Positions 26,174 to 35,383 of a stretch of DNA of 64,000 nt are shown here, piece by piece. Under the pieces are notes generated by a model, which saw nothing but the letters and a program-made list of their open reading frames with translations, did no database searches and was not told the DNA's origin. The position numbers and the translations under genes are program-made. The stretch spans positions 58,769 to 122,768 of the forward strand of contig JBBRXO010000001.1 of assembly GCA_038248345.1 (NCBI GenBank), read 5' to 3'. Position 1 is the stretch's first letter. Each line of letters starts with the position of its first letter. This DNA is from Armatimonadota bacterium. GTDB lineage: Bacteria > Armatimonadota > Hebobacteria > CAIYQO01.

Positions 26174-28315
26174 TCAGCATCCCCCGCTATCATCCCCGTT
26201 GCTCAGCTCATCCTGCGATGTCGGGGTTGTTCTACCTGGCTGCAGCATAAAGCTCTTCGTCCAGTCGGGCATCGCCGGGGCGGTGCCTTTCAGCAGCATC
26301 TCCTGCCACGCTTCGTCGGTAAGGCGGTTTTCGCTGGGTTGCTGGAATTCATAGTAGCTGAAGGTCGCGCCGCGGGTGAGCACCAGTTTACCGCGGAAGG
26401 GTACCACCACCCATATCTCCGCCGCTTTTCCTACGCCTTCTTCCAACACCTCGTCATTATATGTATGTACATCAGCGACCAGCGCCATGTTGCGGTCGGT
26501 GTTATTGGTAATATCCCACCATCCTGTATTGCCAGTGGTACCACTGGCAATCTGTATAATGGTAAGGGTCAGTGATTCCATGGTGCCGCCGTAGCGTTCC
26601 AGTTGCCGAAGTTCATCAGCCGACAAATCTTCGTTACGCAGTTCTTTACGCGAGGCCACAGCGAGGAAATCTACCAGATCGGTGAATGTATTGAATTGTT
26701 CTGCCAGCTGCCCGCCATCTTCGACGAGTTGCCGGGAAACTAATCCCTCTTTATTGTATTTCAGCAACCAGGAGAGCCGCTCATATAGTTCCACCTGCGG
26801 TTCTACATATCCCGGACGCGGTGGCGGTGGGGTATCTTCACCATCGCCACATTCCGCTACTACGCTTTGTTTGGCATAAAGGAGGGTATCGTGGCGCAAT
26901 TCAGTCCAGCTCCCCAGGAAGGTGACCAGCGATTTATCCTGCCACGCCTGGTTGCGCATGAAGGACGGGTAGCCATCCCCCACCGGCGTGTTCAGCGGTT
27001 GCAGGCAGTACATCCAGCCGTAGTAGAGGTTCTGCTTCCAGTCATCCAGCGTGAGGGCGGCTACTTCTTTTTGTAGCTTGGCGCGTTGTTTGAGGTAATT
27101 CTCATATTTTGGCTGTTGGTAGGTGTTATCCAGCAGATCCGCTGCACGGGTGTTGCCCAGCACCGCTGGGACATCCAGCCCCATCGGGAAGCCGCGTTTA
27201 ACATCCTCAGTCCCCACTTTGGGGTGTACCAGCTCCTGCAGATAGCGGGAGTCGGGGATAAAACGTTGCCCCATGAAGCGGAACTGCTGCCCCTGCACGC
27301 CGCCTTCCAGCCAGTTGTAGTTGGCGATGCCCGGCCCGGCGACCTCCGCTTGCACCAGCTTGCGGAATTCGTCAATTTTGGCGGCATCATCAAAGCGGCT
27401 GAATTCACCCGCGCCGAACTTCTTCGTAATGAGCGGCAACAACTGTGTGTAGGCGATGTCGTCGGCTTTGCCCACGTAGAAAACGGTGGGGTCATAGAGT
27501 CGCGCCCACAGGAAGGCGGCGTTGCCATTATAATCCAGTTGCTGGCTGATTGTGAGCGCCTGCAACACCGGCATCATGTTCTCTTCGACCGTTGCCTTGG
27601 GATCGGGGCGCATATTCATCGGCACCAGCCCGTACCACATCATCTGCTTGAAGTAGAGTTTGAAGTCCTCCGAACGGGTGTAATGTCCGCGTGGGACGAA
27701 CTGGCTGTAATCCACCTGCGCTCCGGTGAGACCTGGCCCCCAGGTATTATGCGCCTCGATGCGGGCGATCTCTCTGGCGGCCAACGCACTCACTTCATCG
27801 GGCAACTCTGGTTTCATCCCGGCGAGCAATAGCGGCACAGCGAAATAGGCGCTATTGCGGGTGAACGCCGTCTTCAGGCGCGCATTTTTCTCGTTGCTTA
27901 GTGCCCACAGGTTCTCCGCCAGCATGATTTTGCTCAGCTCCTTCACCGCCCGCATCAGCTTCTCTTTTTCCAGATAACGCAGTGTGAAGTCGTAGAAAAC
28001 ATGGTAGGTGTGCAGCACCGAGTCGGTGGTGACGAAGGTGGGGATCTTCTGGTAGGCGTTGTTCTCGTAGACGTAGAACAACTGCTCGTCCACCGTGGGG
28101 CGCGCTAGAAAGCCATTCCCGCTGAGGAGTTTTTGCTGCTCAGCGGTGAGTTTCGGCAGAATTTTAGCGTTCTCCACATTACCCAAATCCGCTTTCACGG
28201 TATAAGGTGCCACCTTCGCCTCGACGGGCACCGGTTTGTACACCGAGGTGCCGAAATTCTGCCCCATTGCCACCACCGCACCCACCAGTGCGCAAATAAT
28301 TACTACCACTCGCAT
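26174..28315 (-). CDS. Secreted DUF3160 domain protein
   Basis: ORF track, 713 aa. Signal peptide present; AAGGAG SD lies inside the end of the upstream gene. IPTFVTTDSVLHTYHVFYDFTLRYLEKEKL matches my recollection of the DUF3160 N-terminal signature. The family name is moderately confident. Confidence 0.7.
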   Translation of the reverse strand: MRVVVIICALVGAVVAMGQNFGTSVYKPVPVEAKVAPYTVKADLGNVENAKILPKLTAEQQKLLSGNGFLARPTVDEQLFYVYENNAYQKIPTFVTTDSVLHTYHVFYDFTLRYLEKEKLMRAVKELSKIMLAENLWALSNEKNARLKTAFTRNSAYFAVPLLLAGMKPELPDEVSALAAREIARIEAHNTWGPGLTGAQVDYSQFVPRGHYTRSEDFKLYFKQMMWYGLVPMNMRPDPKATVEENMMPVLQALTISQQLDYNGNAAFLWARLYDPTVFYVGKADDIAYTQLLPLITKKFGAGEFSRFDDAAKIDEFRKLVQAEVAGPGIANYNWLEGGVQGQQFRFMGQRFIPDSRYLQELVHPKVGTEDVKRGFPMGLDVPAVLGNTRAADLLDNTYQQPKYENYLKQRAKLQKEVAALTLDDWKQNLYYGWMYCLQPLNTPVGDGYPSFMRNQAWQDKSLVTFLGSWTELRHDTLLYAKQSVVAECGDGEDTPPPPRPGYVEPQVELYERLSWLLKYNKEGLVSRQLVEDGGQLAEQFNTFTDLVDFLAVASRKELRNEDLSADELRQLERYGGTMESLTLTIIQIASGTTGNTGWWDITNNTDRNMALVADVHTYNDEVLEEGVGKAAEIWVVVPFRGKLVLTRGATFSYYEFQQPSENRLTDEAWQEMLLKGTAPAMPDWTKSFMLQPGRTTPTSQDELSNGDDSGGC

Positions 28316-28317
28316 GA

Positions 28318-29364
28318 TCAGTCTCCTTTTTTCTTTTCAACAACGTCTGGCAATGAAATGCTATGCCAGCCCCCCGTCCACCACCCGGCCAGATGGGTAT
28401 CATCCAAGCGGGTCAGCTCATCCAATGACGGCGGGGCCTCCGCCAACGTCGTCAAGTGGTAGTTGTCTCCATCGATATTCAAGCGCCAGGCAAGTGCTTT
28501 GCCGGTAGTGTCATGACCGAAAAGAAGCACCAGCGAATCAAAGGCAGTGATTGCCACCATTCCCGCCACGCTCTCGGTAGTCCAGTCGCGCACGTAGCCG
28601 AACTGTGCCGGGGTGTAGCAACTCAGGCCGTTGCCGCCGTCGGCGGTCACCTCCAGCGCCACCATGCACCAGTTGCCGTCCATACGCTGGTCGCAATGCA
28701 CGACATCAAGGTAGGGACGTGATAAACGTGAACCCAGCCAGCGTTTCTCAACGACGCCATTTTTCCACGCATAAAGGAACATGCAATTGTGTGCAAAATT
28801 GGCGAAGGCCGTACTTTTATAGGTGGCAACCGCCAGCCGCTCCTCCCCCGGCACCGCCGCCCACCAGAGTTTCCATGGACGGTAGGCCGCTGGGATATCC
28901 ACAACCACTGCACAAGTGAATTCATGCTCCCAGTTCGCCTGGTAGAGAACGCCATTTACCGGTACAGGAGTCCCGGGATCGCCGGTGAGCGCCACCGCCG
29001 CTGCTTTCCCACCACGAGCAGGTAGAAGCTGCAAAATAGGTGCCGGGAAATCCCCAATTTTAAGCAGCGTATTGCTGGTGAGATCAAAGCGGAAAAGCTG
29101 CTTCCCCTGTGCAACCAACAATGCAGCGCCATCGAAAAAACTTCCCGCTTTGACTAGTGAGTCTTTTGCGACAGGAAGTGTAATTAAATCGGTAAATGCT
29201 CCGTCCTTCACCGACGCCAGCCGCAGCATATCGCTATCATGGGCTGCGATGAGGGTAATATCATGCTCCTGCCAAACGACAACATGAGACGCACCGGCAA
29301 CAAATACTTGCAGGCCAAATAGTAGCATCATACTTACGAGAAGAACATGGAAGCCAGCACGCAT
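28318..29364 (-). CDS. Secreted hypothetical protein (LGSRLSRP-motif family, possibly FG-GAP/VCBS-like), co-operonic with DUF3160
   Basis: ORF track, 348 aa, with a signal peptide. RPWKLWWAAVPGEERLAVATYKSTAF...FLYAWKNGVVEKRWLGSRLSRPYLDVV resembles an uncharacterised family I recall from Firmicutes and Chloroflexi. The stop lies 2 nt before the DUF3160 start. Confidence 0.6.
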   Translation of the reverse strand: MRAGFHVLLVSMMLLFGLQVFVAGASHVVVWQEHDITLIAAHDSDMLRLASVKDGAFTDLITLPVAKDSLVKAGSFFDGAALLVAQGKQLFRFDLTSNTLLKIGDFPAPILQLLPARGGKAAAVALTGDPGTPVPVNGVLYQANWEHEFTCAVVVDIPAAYRPWKLWWAAVPGEERLAVATYKSTAFANFAHNCMFLYAWKNGVVEKRWLGSRLSRPYLDVVHCDQRMDGNWCMVALEVTADGGNGLSCYTPAQFGYVRDWTTESVAGMVAITAFDSLVLLFGHDTTGKALAWRLNIDGDNYHLTTLAEAPPSLDELTRLDDTHLAGWWTGGWHSISLPDVVEKKKGD

Positions 29365-29399
29365 AATACGAGCCTTTCATCACCATGAATTTACATACA

Positions 29400-29408
29400 A
29401 TTATAGCA
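29400..29408 (-). promoter_or_regulatory. Extended -10 promoter element (TGCTATAAT) upstream of the DUF3160 operon
   Basis: The reverse complement of 29400-29408 is TGCTATAAT. It lies about 36 nt upstream of ATG 29364. No good -35 is present, which is consistent with an extended -10 promoter. Confidence 0.45.
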
Positions 29409-29548
29409 TAATGCGGTATAGATTATGGGGTGATTGTTGAGTTATTACGACAATGTAGGATTCCCTTTGTGAGAAAATGATTTTCCTCGGACCGCTTGTT
29501 GGTGGGGCAGGCCAATGCGGAGATTGACGTTCCCAGGGGAACCTTACC

Positions 29549-32233
29549 CTATTTCCTCCCCCGTGCCTTCTTCTGCAGCTGCGCCAGCATATCCAGCGCT
29601 TGCCGCGGGCTGAGGTCATCTACATCCAGGTCCTTAAGCTCTGCTACCACCGGGTGTTCCGACACCTCGAAGAGGGTTAGTTGTGTTTTGGGCATGGGGG
29701 GAGGGATGGTGGCGTGTTTGGTCTCTAGGCCGCGCGCGCTTTCGGCTAGCTGGTCGTTTTCTTCCAGCGAGTGCAGCACTTGCTGGGCGCGTTCCAGCAC
29801 TGGTTGCGGCAGGCCGGCGAGCTTGGCGACGTGGATGCCGTAGCTGCGGTCGGTGCCGCCGGGGACTATTTTGCGCAGGAAGACGATATTGTCGGCACTC
29901 TCCTTGACGGCAATACGGTAGTTGCGCGCGCGCGGGAGGGTGTTTTCCAGCTCATTTAACTGATGATAATGGGTGGCAAAGAGCGTCTTGCAGCCCAGCC
30001 GGGGTGACTCATGCAGGTACTCCGCCACTGCCCAGGCGAGGGAGAGGCCGTCGAAAGTGCTGGTTCCACGGCCGATCTCATCTAGCACCACCAGGCTCTG
30101 CCGGGTGGCGTTGTTGAGGATATTCGCCGTCTCGGTCATCTCCACCATGAAGGTGGACTGCCCGGTAGCCAGGTCGTCGCTGGCCCCCACACGGGTGAAA
30201 ATCCGATCCACCAGCCCGATGACCGCCTCATCAGCCGGCACAAAACTGCCCACCTGCGCCAGCAGCGTGATGAGCGCCACCTGCCGCAAATAGGTGGACT
30301 TGCCCGCCATGTTCGGCCCAGTAAGGATGATCAGCTGTTCATTCTCGGTGTCCAGTTGCACATCATTAGGCACAAAACGCTCGCCCGCCATGGTCAGCTC
30401 CACCACCGGGTGGCGGCCATTAGTGATATTCAGCGACTCATCTGTCGTCACGGTGGGACGGGTATAACGGCGGCGGGCGGCCACCTCGGCAAAGTTGCCC
30501 AGCACGTCGATCTGCGCCACCAGCCGCGCCAGCCCCTGCACCCGCGTCGCCTCCGCCGCCACCGTCTCGCGCAGTGCCGTGTAGATGTTAAACTCCAGCG
30601 TCTTCAGCTTATCTTCCGCGCCCAGCACCAGCGCCTCATACTCTTTCAACGCTGGGGTGATGAAACGCTCCGCGTTGGCCAGTGTCTGCTTACGGATGTA
30701 GTCCGCCGGGGCCAGGTCAATATTGGTGCGGCTCAGTTCGATATAATAGCCAAAGACGCTGTTGTAGCCCACCTTCAGCGTCCTGATGCCGGTGCGCTCG
30801 CGCTCGCTGGCCTCCAGTTGCGCGATCCAACCTTTGCCTTCGGTGGCGGCGGAGCGCAACTTGTCCAGTTCGGCGTTGAAGCCCTTGAGGATCATGCCAC
30901 CCTCGCGCACCGATACCGGCGGGGCCTCCACCAGCGCGGCGGTCAGCTTTTCGCGCAGGTCATGCAGCTCATCCGCCCCCTCCACCATAATCTGCAACGC
31001 TGGGGCGGCGCCCGCCAATAGCGCTAGCAGACGTGGCACGACGGTGAGCGAGTCACGAAGTTGTGCCAGATCACGTGCGCTGCCGGTGCCAGTGGCAGCA
31101 CGGCTAAGCAGCCGTTCCAGATCGTGAATGTTACGCAACTCCGCCCGCACGTTGTCGCGTAGCACGTCATCGGTGCGGAAGGCGGAGACGATCTCCAAGC
31201 GCTTGTTGATATCATCAACGGAGAGCAATGGCGCAAGCAGCCACTTCTTCAACAGCCGTGCTCCCAGCGATGTACACGTCTCGTCCAGCACCCAGAGTAG
31301 CGAGTTGGCGCGCGCGCCATCGCGCAATGAGGCCACCAGCTCCAGATTGCGCCGGGTACTAGCATCGAGGAGCATCAGCTCATCAAGTGAGTAAGTGGTA
31401 ATGCCGCGGATCTGCCCGACGGTGGTCTTCTGTGTCTGTTGCAGGTAGCGTAATAATAACCCGGCAGCCTCCACCGCCAGCGGTTTATCATCACAGCCGA
31501 AGCCGCGCAGCGAGGTGACGCCGAAATGTTTGGTGAGGGTCTCGGTGGCGCTCTCCCACGCATAGTCGCTCATATCCGGGGAGTTCACCGAGGCGCTGGA
31601 GCGTGCGCGCAGCTCCGCCATCAACTCTTCATCCTCGGTGAATTCTATGGGGAGGAGAATCTCCGACGGCTGCAGGCGCGACACTTCCTCTAGCATCATC
31701 TCCCGCGCGCGCTCCCCGCTCACCTCGGTGATGGAGAACTCGCCAGTGGAGCAGTCTGCCACTGCGATACCATAACCACGGGCGGTATGCAGCGCCAGCA
31801 AGAAATTGTTGGAACGCTCATCCAGCAGGTAATCCTCCGTCACTGTGCCCGGCGTTATGATACGCGTCACGTCGCGCTTCACCAGCCCCTTGGTCAGCTT
31901 GGGGTCTTCCATCTGTTCGGCGATAGCTGCCTTATGACCAGCCGCGAGCAGGCGCGCCAGATAGCGGTCGATGGCATGGAAGGGGACGCCCGCCATGGGC
32001 ATCTTCTGCCCGCGGACATCGCGTGCGGTGAGAGCGATCTCCATCGCTTTCGACCCAATAACGGCATCCTCGCCGTATAATTCATAAAAATCGCCACAGC
32101 GAATCAGCAGCAACACATCCGGGTATTGCCGTTTCATCTCCTGATATTGCCGGAACATCGGGGTCAAGCCGTCATTTATCACCAGTGAAGTTTCCTCCTC
32201 GCTTATTGTAGGGTAAGCAGGCAAGCACGTCAA
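29549..32233 (-). CDS. mutS: DNA mismatch repair protein MutS
   Basis: ORF track, 894 aa (TTG start at 32233). TPMFRQYQEMKRQYPDVLLLIRCGDFYELYGEDA and Walker A GPNMAGKSTYLRQ. The more likely start is GTG at 32182, preceded by GAGGAGGAA, giving MINDGLTPMFRQY. Confidence 0.95.
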   Translation of the reverse strand: MTCLPAYPTISEEETSLVINDGLTPMFRQYQEMKRQYPDVLLLIRCGDFYELYGEDAVIGSKAMEIALTARDVRGQKMPMAGVPFHAIDRYLARLLAAGHKAAIAEQMEDPKLTKGLVKRDVTRIITPGTVTEDYLLDERSNNFLLALHTARGYGIAVADCSTGEFSITEVSGERAREMMLEEVSRLQPSEILLPIEFTEDEELMAELRARSSASVNSPDMSDYAWESATETLTKHFGVTSLRGFGCDDKPLAVEAAGLLLRYLQQTQKTTVGQIRGITTYSLDELMLLDASTRRNLELVASLRDGARANSLLWVLDETCTSLGARLLKKWLLAPLLSVDDINKRLEIVSAFRTDDVLRDNVRAELRNIHDLERLLSRAATGTGSARDLAQLRDSLTVVPRLLALLAGAAPALQIMVEGADELHDLREKLTAALVEAPPVSVREGGMILKGFNAELDKLRSAATEGKGWIAQLEASERERTGIRTLKVGYNSVFGYYIELSRTNIDLAPADYIRKQTLANAERFITPALKEYEALVLGAEDKLKTLEFNIYTALRETVAAEATRVQGLARLVAQIDVLGNFAEVAARRRYTRPTVTTDESLNITNGRHPVVELTMAGERFVPNDVQLDTENEQLIILTGPNMAGKSTYLRQVALITLLAQVGSFVPADEAVIGLVDRIFTRVGASDDLATGQSTFMVEMTETANILNNATRQSLVVLDEIGRGTSTFDGLSLAWAVAEYLHESPRLGCKTLFATHYHQLNELENTLPRARNYRIAVKESADNIVFLRKIVPGGTDRSYGIHVAKLAGLPQPVLERAQQVLHSLEENDQLAESARGLETKHATIPPPMPKTQLTLFEVSEHPVVAELKDLDVDDLSPRQALDMLAQLQKKARGRK

Positions 32234-32426
32234 AGGAAAAGTCAGTCTTTGAGGCCGCCTGATGATTGAAATAGTGAGATATCGGGTATAAGATTGATAA
32301 TTGTAGAATGATATTTAGAATAATCTTGACATCTGATTTACAAGACTATTACAGTCATTGCAGTTATGAGCAATCATTTCTCTTGGTGTAGTAGTAGTAG
32401 TAATTCCAGTTCATCTGGAGGTCTAT

Positions 32427-32792
32427 ATGTTCTCGTTGGATACACTACCAGATTTGTTGTTTTTTTTCTTTTCTCGGTATATGGCCGTTTTTTCGATGCT
32501 TACCGCATTAATCTATGTATCTATCGCCTATGCACGCACAAGCAAATTCGCCGCAGTACGTGATGGCCTGACCTATATAGCGGCAATTGCCGTACTTGGC
32601 GTCGTGCTTCTGTTCATACCGAAAGAAAATTATTTCTTCATTTGGCAGATGGTACTCTGGTTCACCTTCACCATGCTTCTGGTTCTGGAAATGCTCTGGT
32701 TCGCCTACCTGTTGGTGTCGTTAATGGATCTGGCAAAAATCGCCGCACATCGGCACGCCAACCAAAATAGCTCCCGCATAAAAGACCACTAG
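32427..32792 (+). CDS. Small membrane protein (about 3 TM helices), unknown function
   Basis: ORF track, 121 aa. TGGAGG SD lies 6 nt before ATG 32427. The hydrophobic segments are consistent with TM helices. The gene sits in an AT-rich stretch. Confidence 0.55.
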   Translation: MFSLDTLPDLLFFFFSRYMAVFSMLTALIYVSIAYARTSKFAAVRDGLTYIAAIAVLGVVLLFIPKENYFFIWQMVLWFTFTMLLVLEMLWFAYLLVSLMDLAKIAAHRHANQNSSRIKDH

Positions 32793-32993
32793 GCCACAAA
32801 TCCCAAGCTTCCGACAAAAAATCACTTTTAATCTCCTCAATAATTTATCAATTGTGCGGAAAATCTGCCAATCATTGCTAATTTTTGCCAATTTTTGTAG
32901 ACTTCGTATTTATTTTACGTTATAATGTAGCTAACTTCTTTACAATGTGCAGGATATATTGGCGTGTTGGAGGATGTTAATACGGAGAGTTTT

Positions 32994-33926
32994 ATGACTG
33001 GCACAAAATCATCGTTGATAAATAAATTGACGACGATGTTAACTATTAGATTATTTGAGGAAAAAGTGGACGAGCTATTCGCCGCTGGGGAGTTGAAGGG
33101 CACCTCGCATCTGGCCGCGGGCCAGGAGGCAACTGCAGTTGGAGCATCTTTCGCGCTAAACAAAGATGACTATGTCACTTCCAACCATCGGGGGCACGGC
33201 CATTTTATCGCACGCGGCGGCAGGCCAGATAGAATTATGGCGGAGTTGTTCGGTCGGGAGACTGGTTACTCCAGTGGGCACGGTGGGACGCAGCATATGG
33301 CTGACTTTTCGCTGGGCTTCTTGGGGATGAACGGCATCACTGGTGGTATGCTCCCTATCGCTGTAGGTGCGGCATTTTCTGCCAAGTATCATGGGGATAA
33401 TAAAGTTTCCTTGGCCTTCTTCGGCGATGGAGCCAGTAACCAGGGGACATTCCATGAGTCGATGAACCTGGCCGCCTGCTACCGCTTGCCGGTAATCTTT
33501 TTTTGTGAAAATAACCTGTATGCCATGAGTACCCCGGCACGTGAGATGGTGAGTGTGCAAAACATCGCCGACCGTGCTATAGGATATGGTATGCCGGGTA
33601 TCACGGTAGACGGCAACGATGTAGATGCCGTTTTCGCCGCCACGGCGCAAGCTGTGACGAGAGCTCGACAAGGAGAAGGACCGACCTTGATCGAGGCAAA
33701 AACCTACCGTATATTGGGCCACTCGCGCGGGGATTTGCGCGTGTATCGAACGCGAGAGGAAGAGGCAGAATGGGCGACACTGGATCCAATAGCCCTTTAT
33801 TCGCAGAAGCTTCTCACGCAAGGAGAAATTACCGAGAATGCTTGGGTGCATCTGCGTGAAGATACGCAGCGAATCATTGACGATTCAGTTGAATTTGCTC
33901 GCAGGAGCGCGGTAGTGGTGGGATAA
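32994..33926 (+). CDS. TPP-dependent 2-oxoacid dehydrogenase E1 component, alpha subunit (no adjacent beta subunit)
   Basis: ORF track 32964..33926. I prefer ATG 32994, after GGAGAG. SNHRGHGHFIARG and the TPP motif FFGDGASNQGTFHESMNLAACYRLPVIFFCENNLYA are present. Confidence 0.85.
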   Translation: MTGTKSSLINKLTTMLTIRLFEEKVDELFAAGELKGTSHLAAGQEATAVGASFALNKDDYVTSNHRGHGHFIARGGRPDRIMAELFGRETGYSSGHGGTQHMADFSLGFLGMNGITGGMLPIAVGAAFSAKYHGDNKVSLAFFGDGASNQGTFHESMNLAACYRLPVIFFCENNLYAMSTPAREMVSVQNIADRAIGYGMPGITVDGNDVDAVFAATAQAVTRARQGEGPTLIEAKTYRILGHSRGDLRVYRTREEEAEWATLDPIALYSQKLLTQGEITENAWVHLREDTQRIIDDSVEFARRSAVVVG

Positions 33927-34098
33927 GGAAATCCCGCATGCAGGATGTAACTAGAAATAACGCGGTGTAGTCTTTGCTATTTGCCACGGTACTTATGCTG
34001 TCTTTCCGCATGTTGTACGTGAATATTTACAATTAGCAGTACCAGAACCTGGATGAGCATTTCCCCGTATGTATACCAGGGAAAAAAGATAGGAGAAA

Positions 34099-35232
34099 AT
34101 GACCATGAAAAACCCAATTCGCATCGAGCCTTCCATTTGGGAAGGTGACACCAGAATGCCCGCCTCCTGGCGCGTGCTCGCAGGACTACTACGTGGCGAC
34201 TCACTGGGGCAAGCTGATCTGCGCAACCGAACCGGTCTCAGCCATCCAGTAATCGTTCAACAGGTCGCACAGCTTCGTCGTGCTGGGCTGATCACATTCG
34301 GTGCACCAATCAGCGGCCAGCCCGGTCGTCCTCGCGTACCGATGACCTTCAATTGGAATTTCCGTCGCCTGTTGGCCGTGGAAGTTCATTCCTCCGGCAT
34401 CACCGTGCAGGCTACTGACCTGCGGGGCGAACTGCAGGGAAGCATCAGCACCGGCACCATCGCCGAATGGTCGACTGAAGGCATCAAAAAAGCGATCATC
34501 AAGGCTGTACGCACTGCTATCCGCAGTAGCGGCTCTCCCTTCGCAGCTATTGGCATTGTCATCCCAGGCATCATCAGCGCTGACCATCAGGTCGCTGTCA
34601 GCTGCCTCGACGTTGCTGACTGGGCTGATGTTAACCTCGGCGAAGAGCTCACTGCCGAATTCAACATCAAGGTACTATTAGAGAATGATGCTAACGCTCT
34701 GGCGTTGGCCCTGGCCTCTAACCCCGATGAAGATACCGACAGTATCCTTGCCATCAGCATGCGCCAACAGGTGCAAGTAGGCCTGGGCATGATCTTCAAT
34801 GGCCGGGTAATTCGTGGCATACACGCTGGCTCCTTTGGCAACACTCCTGTCGAAAATGGAACATTGGAGACTCTGCTACGCGCCAGCCGCACCGATGAAG
34901 GCAAACGCAATGATGCGTTAGTCGCACTCTTCGACAAAATCGCTGACCTGGTCACCGCTATCAACCCGAAAAACCTGGTGATGCAGGGCGATGATCGCTG
35001 GTCTGAAGATGATCTCACTATCCTGCGTGCTACCCTGGAAGCTCGTTGCTACGCTCCGGCATTCGCTGATCTGACATTGGAATACCGCCAGAACGCTCCT
35101 ATTGAAAGCCTGACCGGTATCACCAGCCTGCTCTCCGACTACGTACTCAACCTGGAAAATGGATTGATTACCAGTTGGAGCGTAACTGAACAGCCAGCTG
35201 CTGCCGCCAAGCGCACCCCTTTCATCCGCTAA
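34099..35232 (+). CDS. ROK-family transcriptional regulator (winged-helix N-terminus); zinc motif absent
   Basis: ORF track, 377 aa, with AGGAG SD. The wHTH reads GQADLRNRTGLSHPVIVQQVAQLRRAGLI and the ROK core contains VLLENDANALAL. Only two Cys occur in the whole protein, so the ROK CxCGxxGCxE zinc motif is missing. Confidence 0.75.
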   Translation: MTMKNPIRIEPSIWEGDTRMPASWRVLAGLLRGDSLGQADLRNRTGLSHPVIVQQVAQLRRAGLITFGAPISGQPGRPRVPMTFNWNFRRLLAVEVHSSGITVQATDLRGELQGSISTGTIAEWSTEGIKKAIIKAVRTAIRSSGSPFAAIGIVIPGIISADHQVAVSCLDVADWADVNLGEELTAEFNIKVLLENDANALALALASNPDEDTDSILAISMRQQVQVGLGMIFNGRVIRGIHAGSFGNTPVENGTLETLLRASRTDEGKRNDALVALFDKIADLVTAINPKNLVMQGDDRWSEDDLTILRATLEARCYAPAFADLTLEYRQNAPIESLTGITSLLSDYVLNLENGLITSWSVTEQPAAAAKRTPFIR

Positions 35233-35254
35233 TAATATGATGAGAGGATAATGA

Positions 35255-35297
35255 AATACCGGAGCAGGATATTTTACCTGTTCCGGTATTTTTTTTG
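35255..35297 (+). terminator. Rho-independent terminator after the ROK regulator gene
   Basis: AATACCGGAGCAGG (35255-35268) pairs with CCTGTTCCGGTATT (35277-35290) with one mismatch, and T7 follows (35291-35297). Confidence 0.8.
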
Positions 35298-35333
35298 AAA
35301 TTTCATTTCCCATTGCTTTACTGGAAGTAGCTA

Positions 35334-35375
35334 CAGTTCACCCCCGGTACATATAAAACGTCCGGGGGTGAACTG
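35334..35375 (-). terminator. Perfect 14-bp hairpin 9 nt downstream of the S55 mega-protein stop codon
   Basis: CAGTTCACCCCCGG (35334-35347) is the exact reverse complement of CCGGGGGTGAACTG (35362-35375), with a 14-nt loop. No clear U-tract on the minus strand. Confidence 0.6.
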
Positions 35376-35383
35376 TCTAAGGA

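Noticed and set aside
32388-32402. (GTA)5 microsatellite upstream of the small membrane protein gene
   Set aside because: It is too short and isolated to interpret. It lies 25 nt upstream of the start in AT-rich DNA and may be noise. It is only mentioned under the AT-rich pocket finding.
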